Source: an uncultured archaeon (GTDB taxonomy: Archaea; Hadarchaeota; Hadarchaeia; Hadarchaeales; Hadarchaeaceae). From it: a DNA stretch of 64,000 nucleotides. The first letter of the stretch is position 1. Every line of letters begins with the position of its first letter. The DNA is taken from the NCBI GenBank assembly GCA_937921735.1, contig CAKZTQ010000016.1, forward strand, positions 1-64,000, written 5' to 3'. This document shows positions 46,696 to 55,261 of the stretch, piece by piece. The notes beneath the pieces are model-generated. The model was not told the DNA's origin and made no database searches. It saw nothing but the letters and a program-made list of their open reading frames with translations. A program made the translations under genes and the position numbers.

Positions 46696-48086
46696 CAGAT
46701 CACCGGCCACCTGGGACCTATGTTTAATCCCAACCGACGGTCGACCTCCAAACCAAGCTCCTGCGCCTCCGCGATGACCTCGGCCTCGTCGATCGTATTG
46801 ACCTCTCTTTCTTGCATGACTACCTTGCCGTCTATGATGACCGTCTCAACGTCTTCCCCGCTCGCCGCGTAGACGAGGTTTGAGATGGGGTTACGCACGG
46901 GCACGAGATGCGGCCTGCGCTGGTTCACGACTATTACGTCTGCGAGCTTACCCCGCTCGAGGGATCCCAGCCTATCCCCCCAAAGGGTGGCGCGCGCGCC
47001 GTTTATCGTGGCCATCTCGAGCACAGATTCAGCTGGTAGGGCTTGGGGGTCCAAGAGCCAGCCCTTGTGTACGACAGCAGCCAGTTTCATCTCCCTAAGC
47101 ATATCGTAGCAATTGTTGCTCGGGCCTCCATCGCAACCTAAGGCCACGTTGACGCCAGCTTCCAACATCTTCACCACCGGGGCTACGCCAGAGGCCAGCT
47201 TCAGGTTGCTCGCTGGACAATGGCAGACGGTGCCGCCGGTCTCGCGGAGTATCCGGAAATCCCCGTCGGATAACCAGACGCCGTGCGCATAAATCACATG
47301 CCTGCCCACCAAGCCACAATGCCTCATGAACTGCATGGGCGTCATGTTAAACTCCTTGCGCATGTATTCTACATCTTGTTTGACCTCCGCTAGGTGGATC
47401 GTCACGCCCGTGCCATGTTCCCTAGCTCGCTCCGCGATCTCCCGGTAGAACTCGACGGTGCATGCGCCCGGCGTCCTTGGACCGAACCAGACGTGGATCC
47501 TGTCGTTGGCCTTCCCGTGCCACTTCCTTATCATGGCCAGCGTCTCCCTCATCGTGGCCTCGCCGTCCTCAACCATGCTAGGCGGTATGACATCGGGCTG
47601 GTCGGCGTAGCCGCTCACGTTCATGAGCTTTTTCGACAGGGCTGCGCGGATGCCGATGGACTCGATGACCTCAGCGATTCCGTCGAACCCATACCTGCTG
47701 TGCAGGCCGCTTTCTACGAAGGTCGTGGTGCCGGACTTTATCATCTCCAGGCAACAGAGCTGGGCGCTGAGCTTACCTTCGCGAGGGGTATAGGTGCCCT
47801 GCAGTGGCCAAACCCGCTCTCGAAGCCAAGGGATGAGCGACATGTCATCGGCACAGCCCCGCAGGAGGGCCTGCGCGAGGTGGACGTGGCAGTCGACGAA
47901 GCCGGGTAGGACAAGCTTCCCTGCACAATCCAGCTCTAGGTCGACGCGATACTGTGGCACCACCTGCGAGGTTTTACCCACGTCCACGATCTTGTTGCCC
48001 TCGATCACCACCGCACCGTCTAGCAGGATCTCGCGGCGCGGGTTCATCGTCACCACCGTCGCATGGGTGAGTGCGATGTCAGCCAT
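46695..48086 (-). CDS. Amidohydrolase, MtaD/SsnA/AtzA family deaminase
   Basis: PGFVDCHVH, IHLAE, HCPASNLKLASG, LGCDG. Confidence 0.88.
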   Translation of the reverse strand: MADIALTHATVVTMNPRREILLDGAVVIEGNKIVDVGKTSQVVPQYRVDLELDCAGKLVLPGFVDCHVHLAQALLRGCADDMSLIPWLRERVWPLQGTYTPREGKLSAQLCCLEMIKSGTTTFVESGLHSRYGFDGIAEVIESIGIRAALSKKLMNVSGYADQPDVIPPSMVEDGEATMRETLAMIRKWHGKANDRIHVWFGPRTPGACTVEFYREIAERAREHGTGVTIHLAEVKQDVEYMRKEFNMTPMQFMRHCGLVGRHVIYAHGVWLSDGDFRILRETGGTVCHCPASNLKLASGVAPVVKMLEAGVNVALGCDGGPSNNCYDMLREMKLAAVVHKGWLLDPQALPAESVLEMATINGARATLWGDRLGSLERGKLADVIVVNQRRPHLVPVRNPISNLVYAASGEDVETVIIDGKVVMQEREVNTIDEAEVIAEAQELGLEVDRRLGLNIGPRWPVI

Positions 48087-48124
48087 TCAAACCCCATCGA
48101 TGTAGGTTGGAACGATTAATAAAA

Positions 48125-48802
48125 TTAGGCGCCCATCCTTCGTTGCCTTTGCCTGTACTCGGCCAAGCATCGATTGAAGTCCTCGCGGGTGAAGTCCGGC
48201 CAATATTTATCGACGAAAATTATCTCCGCATAAGCTGATTGGTACGGCAAGAAGTTGGACAGCCTATGGTCACCTCCCGTCCTGATGATAAGGTCCACCG
48301 GCCGCGAAACCCAAAGGAACTTTTCCAGCAGTTTTTTGGTGATTCTCCCCACCCTGCTCCTACTGGCCATCTGAACGCACCTTAGCAACTCGTCTTGCCC
48401 ACCGTAGGCGACCAAGATGTTAAGGAAGTGATTTGTGTGTTTTTTCGTAGCCTTAACGGCCCTATGTACCGCGTCCAACACATAGTCTGGTAGCTTGTAC
48501 GTCCGCCCGAGCACCCTTATCCTGACCTCATGCTTGTGGACGAACTCGTCCCTGGACAGTTTGTCCAAGTACTCAGCCAGGATCTGGAAGATCTTCCTCA
48601 GCTCCTCCTCCGGACGCTTGATCAGGTTTTCCGCCGAGAGGGCGTAGACGCTCACCTCTTGTATCCCTTCCTCCAGGCACCATTTGAGGCACTCCTCCAT
48701 GACTTCGGCGCCCCTCACGTGGCCTTGCCATGGCTCTAGCCCATGTGCTCGGGCCCACCTGCGATTTCCATCGGGGATTAAACCTAGGTGAATCGGTTGC
48801 AT
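48125..48802 (-). CDS. uppS: cis-prenyltransferase (undecaprenyl diphosphate synthase family)
   Basis: IPDGNRRWA, SAEN, IRTGG, RLSNFL. Confidence 0.93.
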   Translation of the reverse strand: MQPIHLGLIPDGNRRWARAHGLEPWQGHVRGAEVMEECLKWCLEEGIQEVSVYALSAENLIKRPEEELRKIFQILAEYLDKLSRDEFVHKHEVRIRVLGRTYKLPDYVLDAVHRAVKATKKHTNHFLNILVAYGGQDELLRCVQMASRSRVGRITKKLLEKFLWVSRPVDLIIRTGGDHRLSNFLPYQSAYAEIIFVDKYWPDFTREDFNRCLAEYRQRQRRMGA

Positions 48803-48903
48803 CTCATCCCGCCTTTCGATAGCATCGCTCGATTTAAATCACTATGGCGTTGCCCAGCGCACATCGAGCTTCACCAAAAATCTCTTTTCGGCAATCAATT
48901 CCG

Positions 48904-48959
48904 TGACACACGTATGTCGAAATCATCGAGACTAGCCACCCAGTTCACACACGTGTTCA
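48904..48959. repeat. Further copies of the parS-like palindrome
   Basis: TGACACACGTATGTCG (48904-48919) and degenerate TTCACACACGTGTTCA (48944-48959). Confidence 0.7.
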
Positions 48960-49018
48960 AAAAAAGCAGCAAAAGACGAGATATATGAAACAATGATCAA
49001 GGAGATGGCGGAGCTTTC

Positions 49019-49615
49019 ATGGAGATAGTGCTCGTCGGACGTTCGAACGTGGGCAAATCAAGCGTGATCAGAAGCCTCACGGGCAAGCGCGTTCGCGTGG
49101 GAAGGCGACCGGGCGTAACGCGGAAGATACTTCGTTACCCTTATGGTGAGCTCGAGATCGTCGACATGCCTGGCTTCGGCTTCATGGCGGGCGTGAGCAG
49201 GACCAAGCAGGAGGCGATAAAAACCGAGATCGTCCGCTACCTAGAATCGAACAGGCGAAACATCCTCTTCGCGATTCAAGTGCTGGACGTTCGTGCCTTC
49301 GGTGAAATCGTCGAACGCTGGAGGTGCAGGGGATATGTGCCGATCGACGTCGAGATGTTCCACTTCCTACAAGAGCTCAAGCTTCGCCCCATAGTGGCAG
49401 CGAACAAGATAGACCTGATCTATCCCGAGGAAAGGGATGAGTTGCTCGACGATATCTGCGATAAGCTCGGCCTTTTGCCGCCTTGGCGTCAATGGCTGGA
49501 TGTCATAGTCCCAATTTCGGCCAAAACTGGGGAAGGGATCCCAGAGCTCAAAAAGTTGGTGAGACAGAGGTTAGGAGAACTGGGTTTAGACCGTTTGCGG
49601 AGGTACTTCAAATAG
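49019..49615 (+). CDS. engB: Archaeal GTP-binding protein EngB/YsxC
   Basis: GRSNVGKS, PGVT, DMPGFG, NKID, SAK. Confidence 0.93.
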   Translation: MEIVLVGRSNVGKSSVIRSLTGKRVRVGRRPGVTRKILRYPYGELEIVDMPGFGFMAGVSRTKQEAIKTEIVRYLESNRRNILFAIQVLDVRAFGEIVERWRCRGYVPIDVEMFHFLQELKLRPIVAANKIDLIYPEERDELLDDICDKLGLLPPWRQWLDVIVPISAKTGEGIPELKKLVRQRLGELGLDRLRRYFK

Positions 49616-49661
49616 CAATTAGCGCCTGCGAGAATTGAAAACCAAGGTAAATCGATAGCCC

Positions 49662-49943
49662 TTATCGCCCCATCTTCACCGGTTCCAATTCACTCGGTCC
49701 CCTTTCGCCGAAGGGCCAAGCCCGCTCGTTCGTCGTGAGCCAGAGATAGCGGTAGACGGTATACACGTAGGTTATGTATCTATTTGTAAATCCGGCGATT
49801 CCCTTGTGCCTCCTCCCGAGAACGATCGTGTGGAGCCAGTGGATCACCGTCACCACGCCGACCACGAAACCCCATATGCCGACTATCACGCCGTAAAGGA
49901 AGGCCAGAGGGATCCTGAGGACCGCCTCGACCCTTTCACCCAC
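49662..49943 (-). CDS. DUF4389-like small membrane protein
   Basis: TM helix plus YLWLTTNERAWPF. Confidence 0.7.
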   Translation of the reverse strand: MGERVEAVLRIPLAFLYGVIVGIWGFVVGVVTVIHWLHTIVLGRRHKGIAGFTNRYITYVYTVYRYLWLTTNERAWPFGERGPSELEPVKMGR

Positions 49944-49995
49944 TATATCACCTCCAGGTTTTCGATCACCAACACATCTCCTTTACCCTAAAGCC

Positions 49996-51117
49996 CTAGG
50001 GCGCGATCATCGCCTTGATGCATTCTCCCTTCTCCGACGCCTGGATCGCCTTCAGGGCATTCTCGATCTTGAACCTATGGGTGAAGATATCCTTGAACGG
50101 AAACCTCCCCGAGTTGAGTACCGCTAGCGCCTCCCGGAACTGGGTGAGTGGGTAGACCCAGCTCCCAAGTACGTCCATGTCCTTGTAGCAGATGACGTGC
50201 GGTCGGATCTCCACGCCACCTGGATCGGTGAAGTGCCCGACCTCGACATATTTGCCCCCCCGCCTCACCATCTCCAATCCTTCCGGCACCGCCGCCGGCA
50301 CGCCCGTGCACTCGACCACGACGTCCGCGCCCACGCCATCGGTCAGCTCAAGCACGCGCCTCACTCGTTCCTCCTGTGTCCTCAGCTCTCGCATGTCCAC
50401 GACCTCATCCGCTCCCATGCGTTTGGCCATCCGCAACCTCTGCTTCACGCGCTCCACGGCTATGACCTTGCCAGCTCCTGCTACTTTCGCCGCCGCGATG
50501 GTGAGAAGCCCTATTGCCCCAGTGCCCTGCACCACCACCGTAGCTCCCACCCCAAAGCCCATGCCCGCGAACGGCACGCCTGGAGCGAACGCTCGCTCGA
50601 GTGCTCTAGTGGCAACCGCCATCGGCTCCGCTAGGGCGGCGACCTCGAAGGACATGCCGTCGGGTAACTTGTACACCCAGGAGCCGGGTTCGATGTAGAT
50701 GTATTCCGCGTAGCCTCCGTAGAGATGCGGCGGGCGCTCGCAGGTCCTGGAGACGCCGTAGATCAAACGATTGGTGCAGAGGTTAGGATAATGGGGCAAG
50801 TTGCGGCAGTAATAACACTTACCACAGGGCAAGCCGGGCACCACGGTGACGCGATCGCCCCCATGGAGTTCTCCCCCACGAACGTTGAGGCTCTCGTTCG
50901 CTTTGGGGCCCAGCTCCTCCACTGTACCCGAGAACTCGTGGCCGGGTATTATCGGGAACGGCGTTGATTTCATGTGCCCTCGGAAGAGATGCACATCCGT
51001 CCCGCAAACGCCACAAGCCTTGATCCTCACGAGCATCGCATTTTCCGCCACCTTCGGCAGGTCGAAGCTTTTAACCTCCAACTTCCCCGGTTCGGACATT
51101 ACCGCGGCTTTGACCAA
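49996..51117 (-). CDS. Zinc-dependent alcohol/sugar dehydrogenase (MDR)
   Basis: CGTD, GHE, CGKCYYC...C, GTGAIG. Confidence 0.92.
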   Translation of the reverse strand: MVKAAVMSEPGKLEVKSFDLPKVAENAMLVRIKACGVCGTDVHLFRGHMKSTPFPIIPGHEFSGTVEELGPKANESLNVRGGELHGGDRVTVVPGLPCGKCYYCRNLPHYPNLCTNRLIYGVSRTCERPPHLYGGYAEYIYIEPGSWVYKLPDGMSFEVAALAEPMAVATRALERAFAPGVPFAGMGFGVGATVVVQGTGAIGLLTIAAAKVAGAGKVIAVERVKQRLRMAKRMGADEVVDMRELRTQEERVRRVLELTDGVGADVVVECTGVPAAVPEGLEMVRRGGKYVEVGHFTDPGGVEIRPHVICYKDMDVLGSWVYPLTQFREALAVLNSGRFPFKDIFTHRFKIENALKAIQASEKGECIKAMIAP

Positions 51118-51162
51118 TCAATTCACCTCCACACCTTTTTGCCCGCGAGCCCTTTTAAGTCC

Positions 51163-52812
51163 TTATCGCAGAACGGCACCCACATCCGCTGATTGGACGG
51201 ATTTCGCGTACCTAGCTAGATATCCCTTTAACTTCTTGATCGGCGGGCTCCAACCCTGAAACCTACGCTTGAGTTCCTCCTCGGGGACGAGCAGCTCCAA
51301 TCTCCGCCTCGGGATATCTATCTCTATTTCATCACCGTCCCTTACGACCGCTATCGGGCCACCCTCCGCGGCCTCGGGGGAGACATGACCTATGCACGGC
51401 CCCCTCGTCGAGCCCGAAAAGCGCCCGTCGGTGACGAGGGCCACGGAATCGCCCAATCCCATCCCCATCAACAATGAAGTCACCATGTGCTGCTCCCGCA
51501 TGCCGGGGCCACCTTTTGGCCCCTCATAGCGTATAACTACGACGTCACCGCGTTTGATCCTACGCTGCAGCAGGGCCCTCAACGCGCTTTCTAAGCCGTC
51601 GAATACCCGCGCTGGCCCCCTGTGCTTTAGCATCTTCGGGCTAACCGCCACTTGGCGCACCACGGCCCCGTTCGGAGCCAAGTTGCCCTGCAGGATGGCT
51701 ATCGCGCCTTCTTTCGCGATCGGTCTCGAGAGCGGCCTTATCACCTCGTCGTTTAGAACCCTTGCTCCAGCGATATTATCGGCGAGGGTTCCCCCGGTAA
51801 CCGTCAGCACGCTAAGGTTCAGCAGGCTCTCAAGCCTTTTCATCACCGCGGGTATCCCGCCGGCACGCTGAAGGTCGAGCGCGGTGTAAGGTCCGGCAGG
51901 CTTAAGGGCACATATGTACGGCACCCTGCGGCTGACTTCCTCGAACTTCTCGAGGGGGATCTGGATACCCAACTCGCTGGCGATCGCTGGCAAGTGCAGC
52001 ACCGTGTTCGTCGACCCTCCGAGCGCGACGTCGATGGCGATCGCGTTTTCAAACGCGTCGGGTGTCATAATGTCGCTAGGCCTTATCCTCCGCTTAAGGA
52101 GCGTGACCACCTGTTTGCCGCTTTCCTCCGCTAATCTGAGCTTCGCCGCCTCGGTGGCGTGCATCATCGCGCAGCCAGGAAGGCTCATGCCAAGCGCTTC
52201 CGTGACGGCCGCCATGGTGTTCGCGGTCGCCATCATCGCGCATGATCCAGCCCCTGGGCAGGCCGACAGCTCCATTTCCTCCAGTTCCAGCTCCGTCAGC
52301 TTCCCCACCTTCACCCGCCCTATCGCCTCCCTTACATCGACGAGCGTTAGCTTTTGTCCCCGCCACTCGCCGGGCATCATGGGGCCACCGGTGATGATTA
52401 TTGTCGGAAGATCCAGCCTCGCCGCAGCCATCAACATGCCCGGCACCACTTTATCGCATGAGCACAGCATCACCACCGCGTCAAACCTGTGCGCCTCGAC
52501 CACGAGCTCGATGGAGTCCGCTATGAGATCGCGTGAGGGCAGCGAATAACACATGCCGACATGCCCTTGGGCGAGGCCGTCGCATATCGCTATGGTGTTG
52601 AACTCGAACGGCACGCCCCCGGCGGCGCGGACGCCTGCCTTCACGGCCTCCGCAAGCCTTTGAAGGTGCACGTGTCCAGGGACGATCTCCGAGAAGGAGT
52701 TGGCGATGGCGATGAACGGTTTGCCAAGCTCTTCACGCGTCACCCCGAGCGAGTGGAGCAGGGCTCGATGTCCAGCGCGCTCTAGGCCTTCCTTGATCTC
52801 ATCGCTCCGCAA
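51163..52812 (-). CDS. ilvD: Dihydroxy-acid dehydratase (IlvD/Edd family)
   Basis: ICDG, SCDK, GGSTN, GPKGGPGMRE, TDGRFSG, HVSPEAA. Confidence 0.92.
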   Translation of the reverse strand: MRSDEIKEGLERAGHRALLHSLGVTREELGKPFIAIANSFSEIVPGHVHLQRLAEAVKAGVRAAGGVPFEFNTIAICDGLAQGHVGMCYSLPSRDLIADSIELVVEAHRFDAVVMLCSCDKVVPGMLMAAARLDLPTIIITGGPMMPGEWRGQKLTLVDVREAIGRVKVGKLTELELEEMELSACPGAGSCAMMATANTMAAVTEALGMSLPGCAMMHATEAAKLRLAEESGKQVVTLLKRRIRPSDIMTPDAFENAIAIDVALGGSTNTVLHLPAIASELGIQIPLEKFEEVSRRVPYICALKPAGPYTALDLQRAGGIPAVMKRLESLLNLSVLTVTGGTLADNIAGARVLNDEVIRPLSRPIAKEGAIAILQGNLAPNGAVVRQVAVSPKMLKHRGPARVFDGLESALRALLQRRIKRGDVVVIRYEGPKGGPGMREQHMVTSLLMGMGLGDSVALVTDGRFSGSTRGPCIGHVSPEAAEGGPIAVVRDGDEIEIDIPRRRLELLVPEEELKRRFQGWSPPIKKLKGYLARYAKSVQSADVGAVLR

Positions 52813-52864
52813 TTCATCACCGACCAGCTAACTTTAAGCGCCATCCGGTAAATAAATCGTCCCC

Positions 52865-54145
52865 GTGGTCAAGCTTTCCGTTGCTTTTGGGAAGGGGAGT
52901 GTTAGTTTTGAGCTCCCGCGCAAGAACCTCCTCGGCGTGGTGAGGCCCCTAAACGTTAAAGGGGTGCGGGACCCAACGGCCGAGATCAGGCGGGCCCTTG
53001 ACCATCCCATCGCCTCAAAGCCGCTCGGTAAACTGGTGGGCCGCGGTCAAAGAGTGGCCATAGTGGTGACAGACCACACCCGTTCTTGCCCGGATAATAT
53101 CATCCTTCCCATGCTCCTCGATGACTTGCAGGGGGCCGGGGTGAGTCTTGAAGATGTCTCAGTGGTGGTAGGCTTGGGGATGCACCGCAAGATGAGCGAG
53201 GACGAGATGCGACAGAAGTTTGGCGTCGTCGTCGAGCAGGTCGAGGTGGTAAACCATGACCCACTCGATGAGAGACAACTCGTCTACCTTGGCAGGACCC
53301 GTTCAGGAGGGCCCGTTTACGTAAATCGTCGCGTCGCAGAGGCGGACCTCGTGATCGCCGTCGGCGTGGTGGAGCCCCATCAGTACGCTGGCTTCAGCGG
53401 GGGGAGGAAGCTTGTGGCGGTGGGTGCGGCAGGCGTGCAGACGATTGCCCATACCCATCAACCGCGCTTCATCGATGCAGCCGGTACCAGCCTCGGCGTG
53501 CTTCAGGGAAACCCCTTCCATCGCGAACTCGTGGAGATCGCTCGCAAGACTAACTTAAGGTTCGCGGTGAACGTCGTGTTGAATGCGGAGCAGGAGCTCG
53601 TACGATGTTTTACTGGCGAGCCCGATGCCTCGCTTGAGGCTGCAGCCCTCCTTGCGAGTAGGCTTTACATCAGGCCGATCAAAGGACAAGCCGATGTCCT
53701 CGTGCTGGGGGTCGGCCACCCAAAGGACCGCGACCTCTATCAGGCTTCCCGCGGCGTCACCTATGCGTATTTCGCCTCCAAGCCAGCGGTGAGGGAAGGA
53801 GGCGCCATTGTGCTTGCCGCACCATGTCCGGAGGGCATTGGTGATAAAAGGTTTGAGGCGATGTTCAGGCGAGCTAAGACGCCGAGCGATGTGGTGGCTA
53901 AGGGCAAGCGGTTGGGCTTTGAGCCAGGCGAACAACGCGCCTATATGCTTGCACGGGTACTCGAACACGCTAAGGTCATCGTCGCGGGCTCGGCCTTAAA
54001 TCCGAAAGCGCTGCAAAGGATGTTCCTCCAATCGGCGCCGAGCATCGACGTGGCGCTTGCGGATGTTTTCAAGATCCTCGGCGAAGACGCAAGGGTGTTG
54101 GTGATACCTCACTCGCTCCTGACGATCCCAATCGTCAAAATCTGA
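52865..54145 (+). CDS. LarA-family nickel-pincer 2-hydroxyacid racemase/epimerase
   Basis: DHTR, GMHR, PHQYAGFSGGRK, LYQA, CPEGIG. Confidence 0.88.
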   Translation: MVKLSVAFGKGSVSFELPRKNLLGVVRPLNVKGVRDPTAEIRRALDHPIASKPLGKLVGRGQRVAIVVTDHTRSCPDNIILPMLLDDLQGAGVSLEDVSVVVGLGMHRKMSEDEMRQKFGVVVEQVEVVNHDPLDERQLVYLGRTRSGGPVYVNRRVAEADLVIAVGVVEPHQYAGFSGGRKLVAVGAAGVQTIAHTHQPRFIDAAGTSLGVLQGNPFHRELVEIARKTNLRFAVNVVLNAEQELVRCFTGEPDASLEAAALLASRLYIRPIKGQADVLVLGVGHPKDRDLYQASRGVTYAYFASKPAVREGGAIVLAAPCPEGIGDKRFEAMFRRAKTPSDVVAKGKRLGFEPGEQRAYMLARVLEHAKVIVAGSALNPKALQRMFLQSAPSIDVALADVFKILGEDARVLVIPHSLLTIPIVKI

Positions 54146-54254
54146 TTCCCTTCGGCTGCCTATTTGCGGTTGGCACCTCAAACCATTAGAATATCGTATA
54201 ACCTTCTACAAACAAGAAATATTAAATTCAAAAACTACTTTTAACGCGGGAAAG

Positions 54255-54618
54255 ATGGCCAAAGAGGATGAGATATTAGAGGAGTTAAAGCGCATCAGAG
54301 GACTTCTTGAGCCAAAGCCCGCACCTCCGGCGCCCAAGGGATTCTGGGCGGAGTTCATGGATTTTCTGTCGAAATACAAAGTGATGGGGATGGCTGTGGC
54401 CTTCATCCTTGGCTTATACCTCGGAGCCCTAGTCAAGGCATTAGTGGACGATTTGATAATGCCGGTATTGCAATTCTTCACATCAGAAACCAATTGGGAG
54501 GCTATAGAGTTAGGACCTTCCGCATAGGGCACTTCCTCGGCGCACTGATAACGTTCATAATTATAGCATTGTAATCTTCATTATAGTGAAAGTATCCAAA
54601 AAATGGGGCATTGAATAA
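54255..54618 (+). pseudogene. mscL: MscL mechanosensitive channel, two apparent 1-nt deletions
   Basis: EFMDFL...GMAVAFILG...LVDDLIMP continues in shifted frames as FRIGHFLGALITFIIIA and VIFIIVKVSKKWGIE*. Confidence 0.8.
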
Positions 54619-54659
54619 GTTTTGCTTTTTCTTTTTCATGGACGGCATTAGTGGCCCAG

Positions 54660-54941
54660 CTAAGATTTTCTTGTTTGGGCCTTGGCCACGAAAAGCCCGC
54701 AGTGGCATCTCCCCATGTTTTTGATCTCCTCTTTGTGGTAGGCGCAAGGGCAAATGATTTTCGCGTCCAGTTTTTTATCACCCGTCACTGCCCTGCAAGG
54801 GCAATATCTATACCCAAACCTCTCTTCATTTCTAAGGAGCCCTTGGACGACGAAATTCACGATGTCCTTATCGGGATTTATGTCGAACCCTTGGGACTCG
54901 GCATATCTCTTGAGCGAGTCCAGCAGCTCTTCGGCCTTCAT
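54660..54941 (-). CDS. Ferredoxin-thioredoxin reductase catalytic-subunit-like protein
   Basis: YCPCR, ICPC, RCHCGLF. Confidence 0.92.
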   Translation of the reverse strand: MKAEELLDSLKRYAESQGFDINPDKDIVNFVVQGLLRNEERFGYRYCPCRAVTGDKKLDAKIICPCAYHKEEIKNMGRCHCGLFVAKAQTRKS

Positions 54942-55168
54942 AGCCCTAGCGCCTCGATCAGCTTTTGCCTATCGAAGCCGACTATGATTTTTCCGTCGAT
55001 GTCAATGACGGGGACGCCAGTTTGACCGCTTTTGCGGATCATTTCGAGCGCCCTTTCGGGATCCTCTTGCACGTTGATCTCCTCAAACTCGACGCCGTGC
55101 TGCATTAAGAAATCTCTTGCCATCTTACAGTAAGGGCAAAAGGGCGCGGAGTAAAGCTTAACCCTCAT
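54938..55168 (-). CDS. Glutaredoxin/NrdH-like protein
   Basis: CPYC, GVPVI, VGFD. Confidence 0.92.
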   Translation of the reverse strand: MRVKLYSAPFCPYCKMARDFLMQHGVEFEEINVQEDPERALEMIRKSGQTGVPVIDIDGKIIVGFDRQKLIEALGL

Positions 55169-55261
55169 TTGATCACGGTTTTAATTCCGAAAAATAGTAT
55201 TAAAAACTTCTAGATACCTCGACATTTTAATTAAAGCACGAATAAAAAAGGCTGGGATCCG

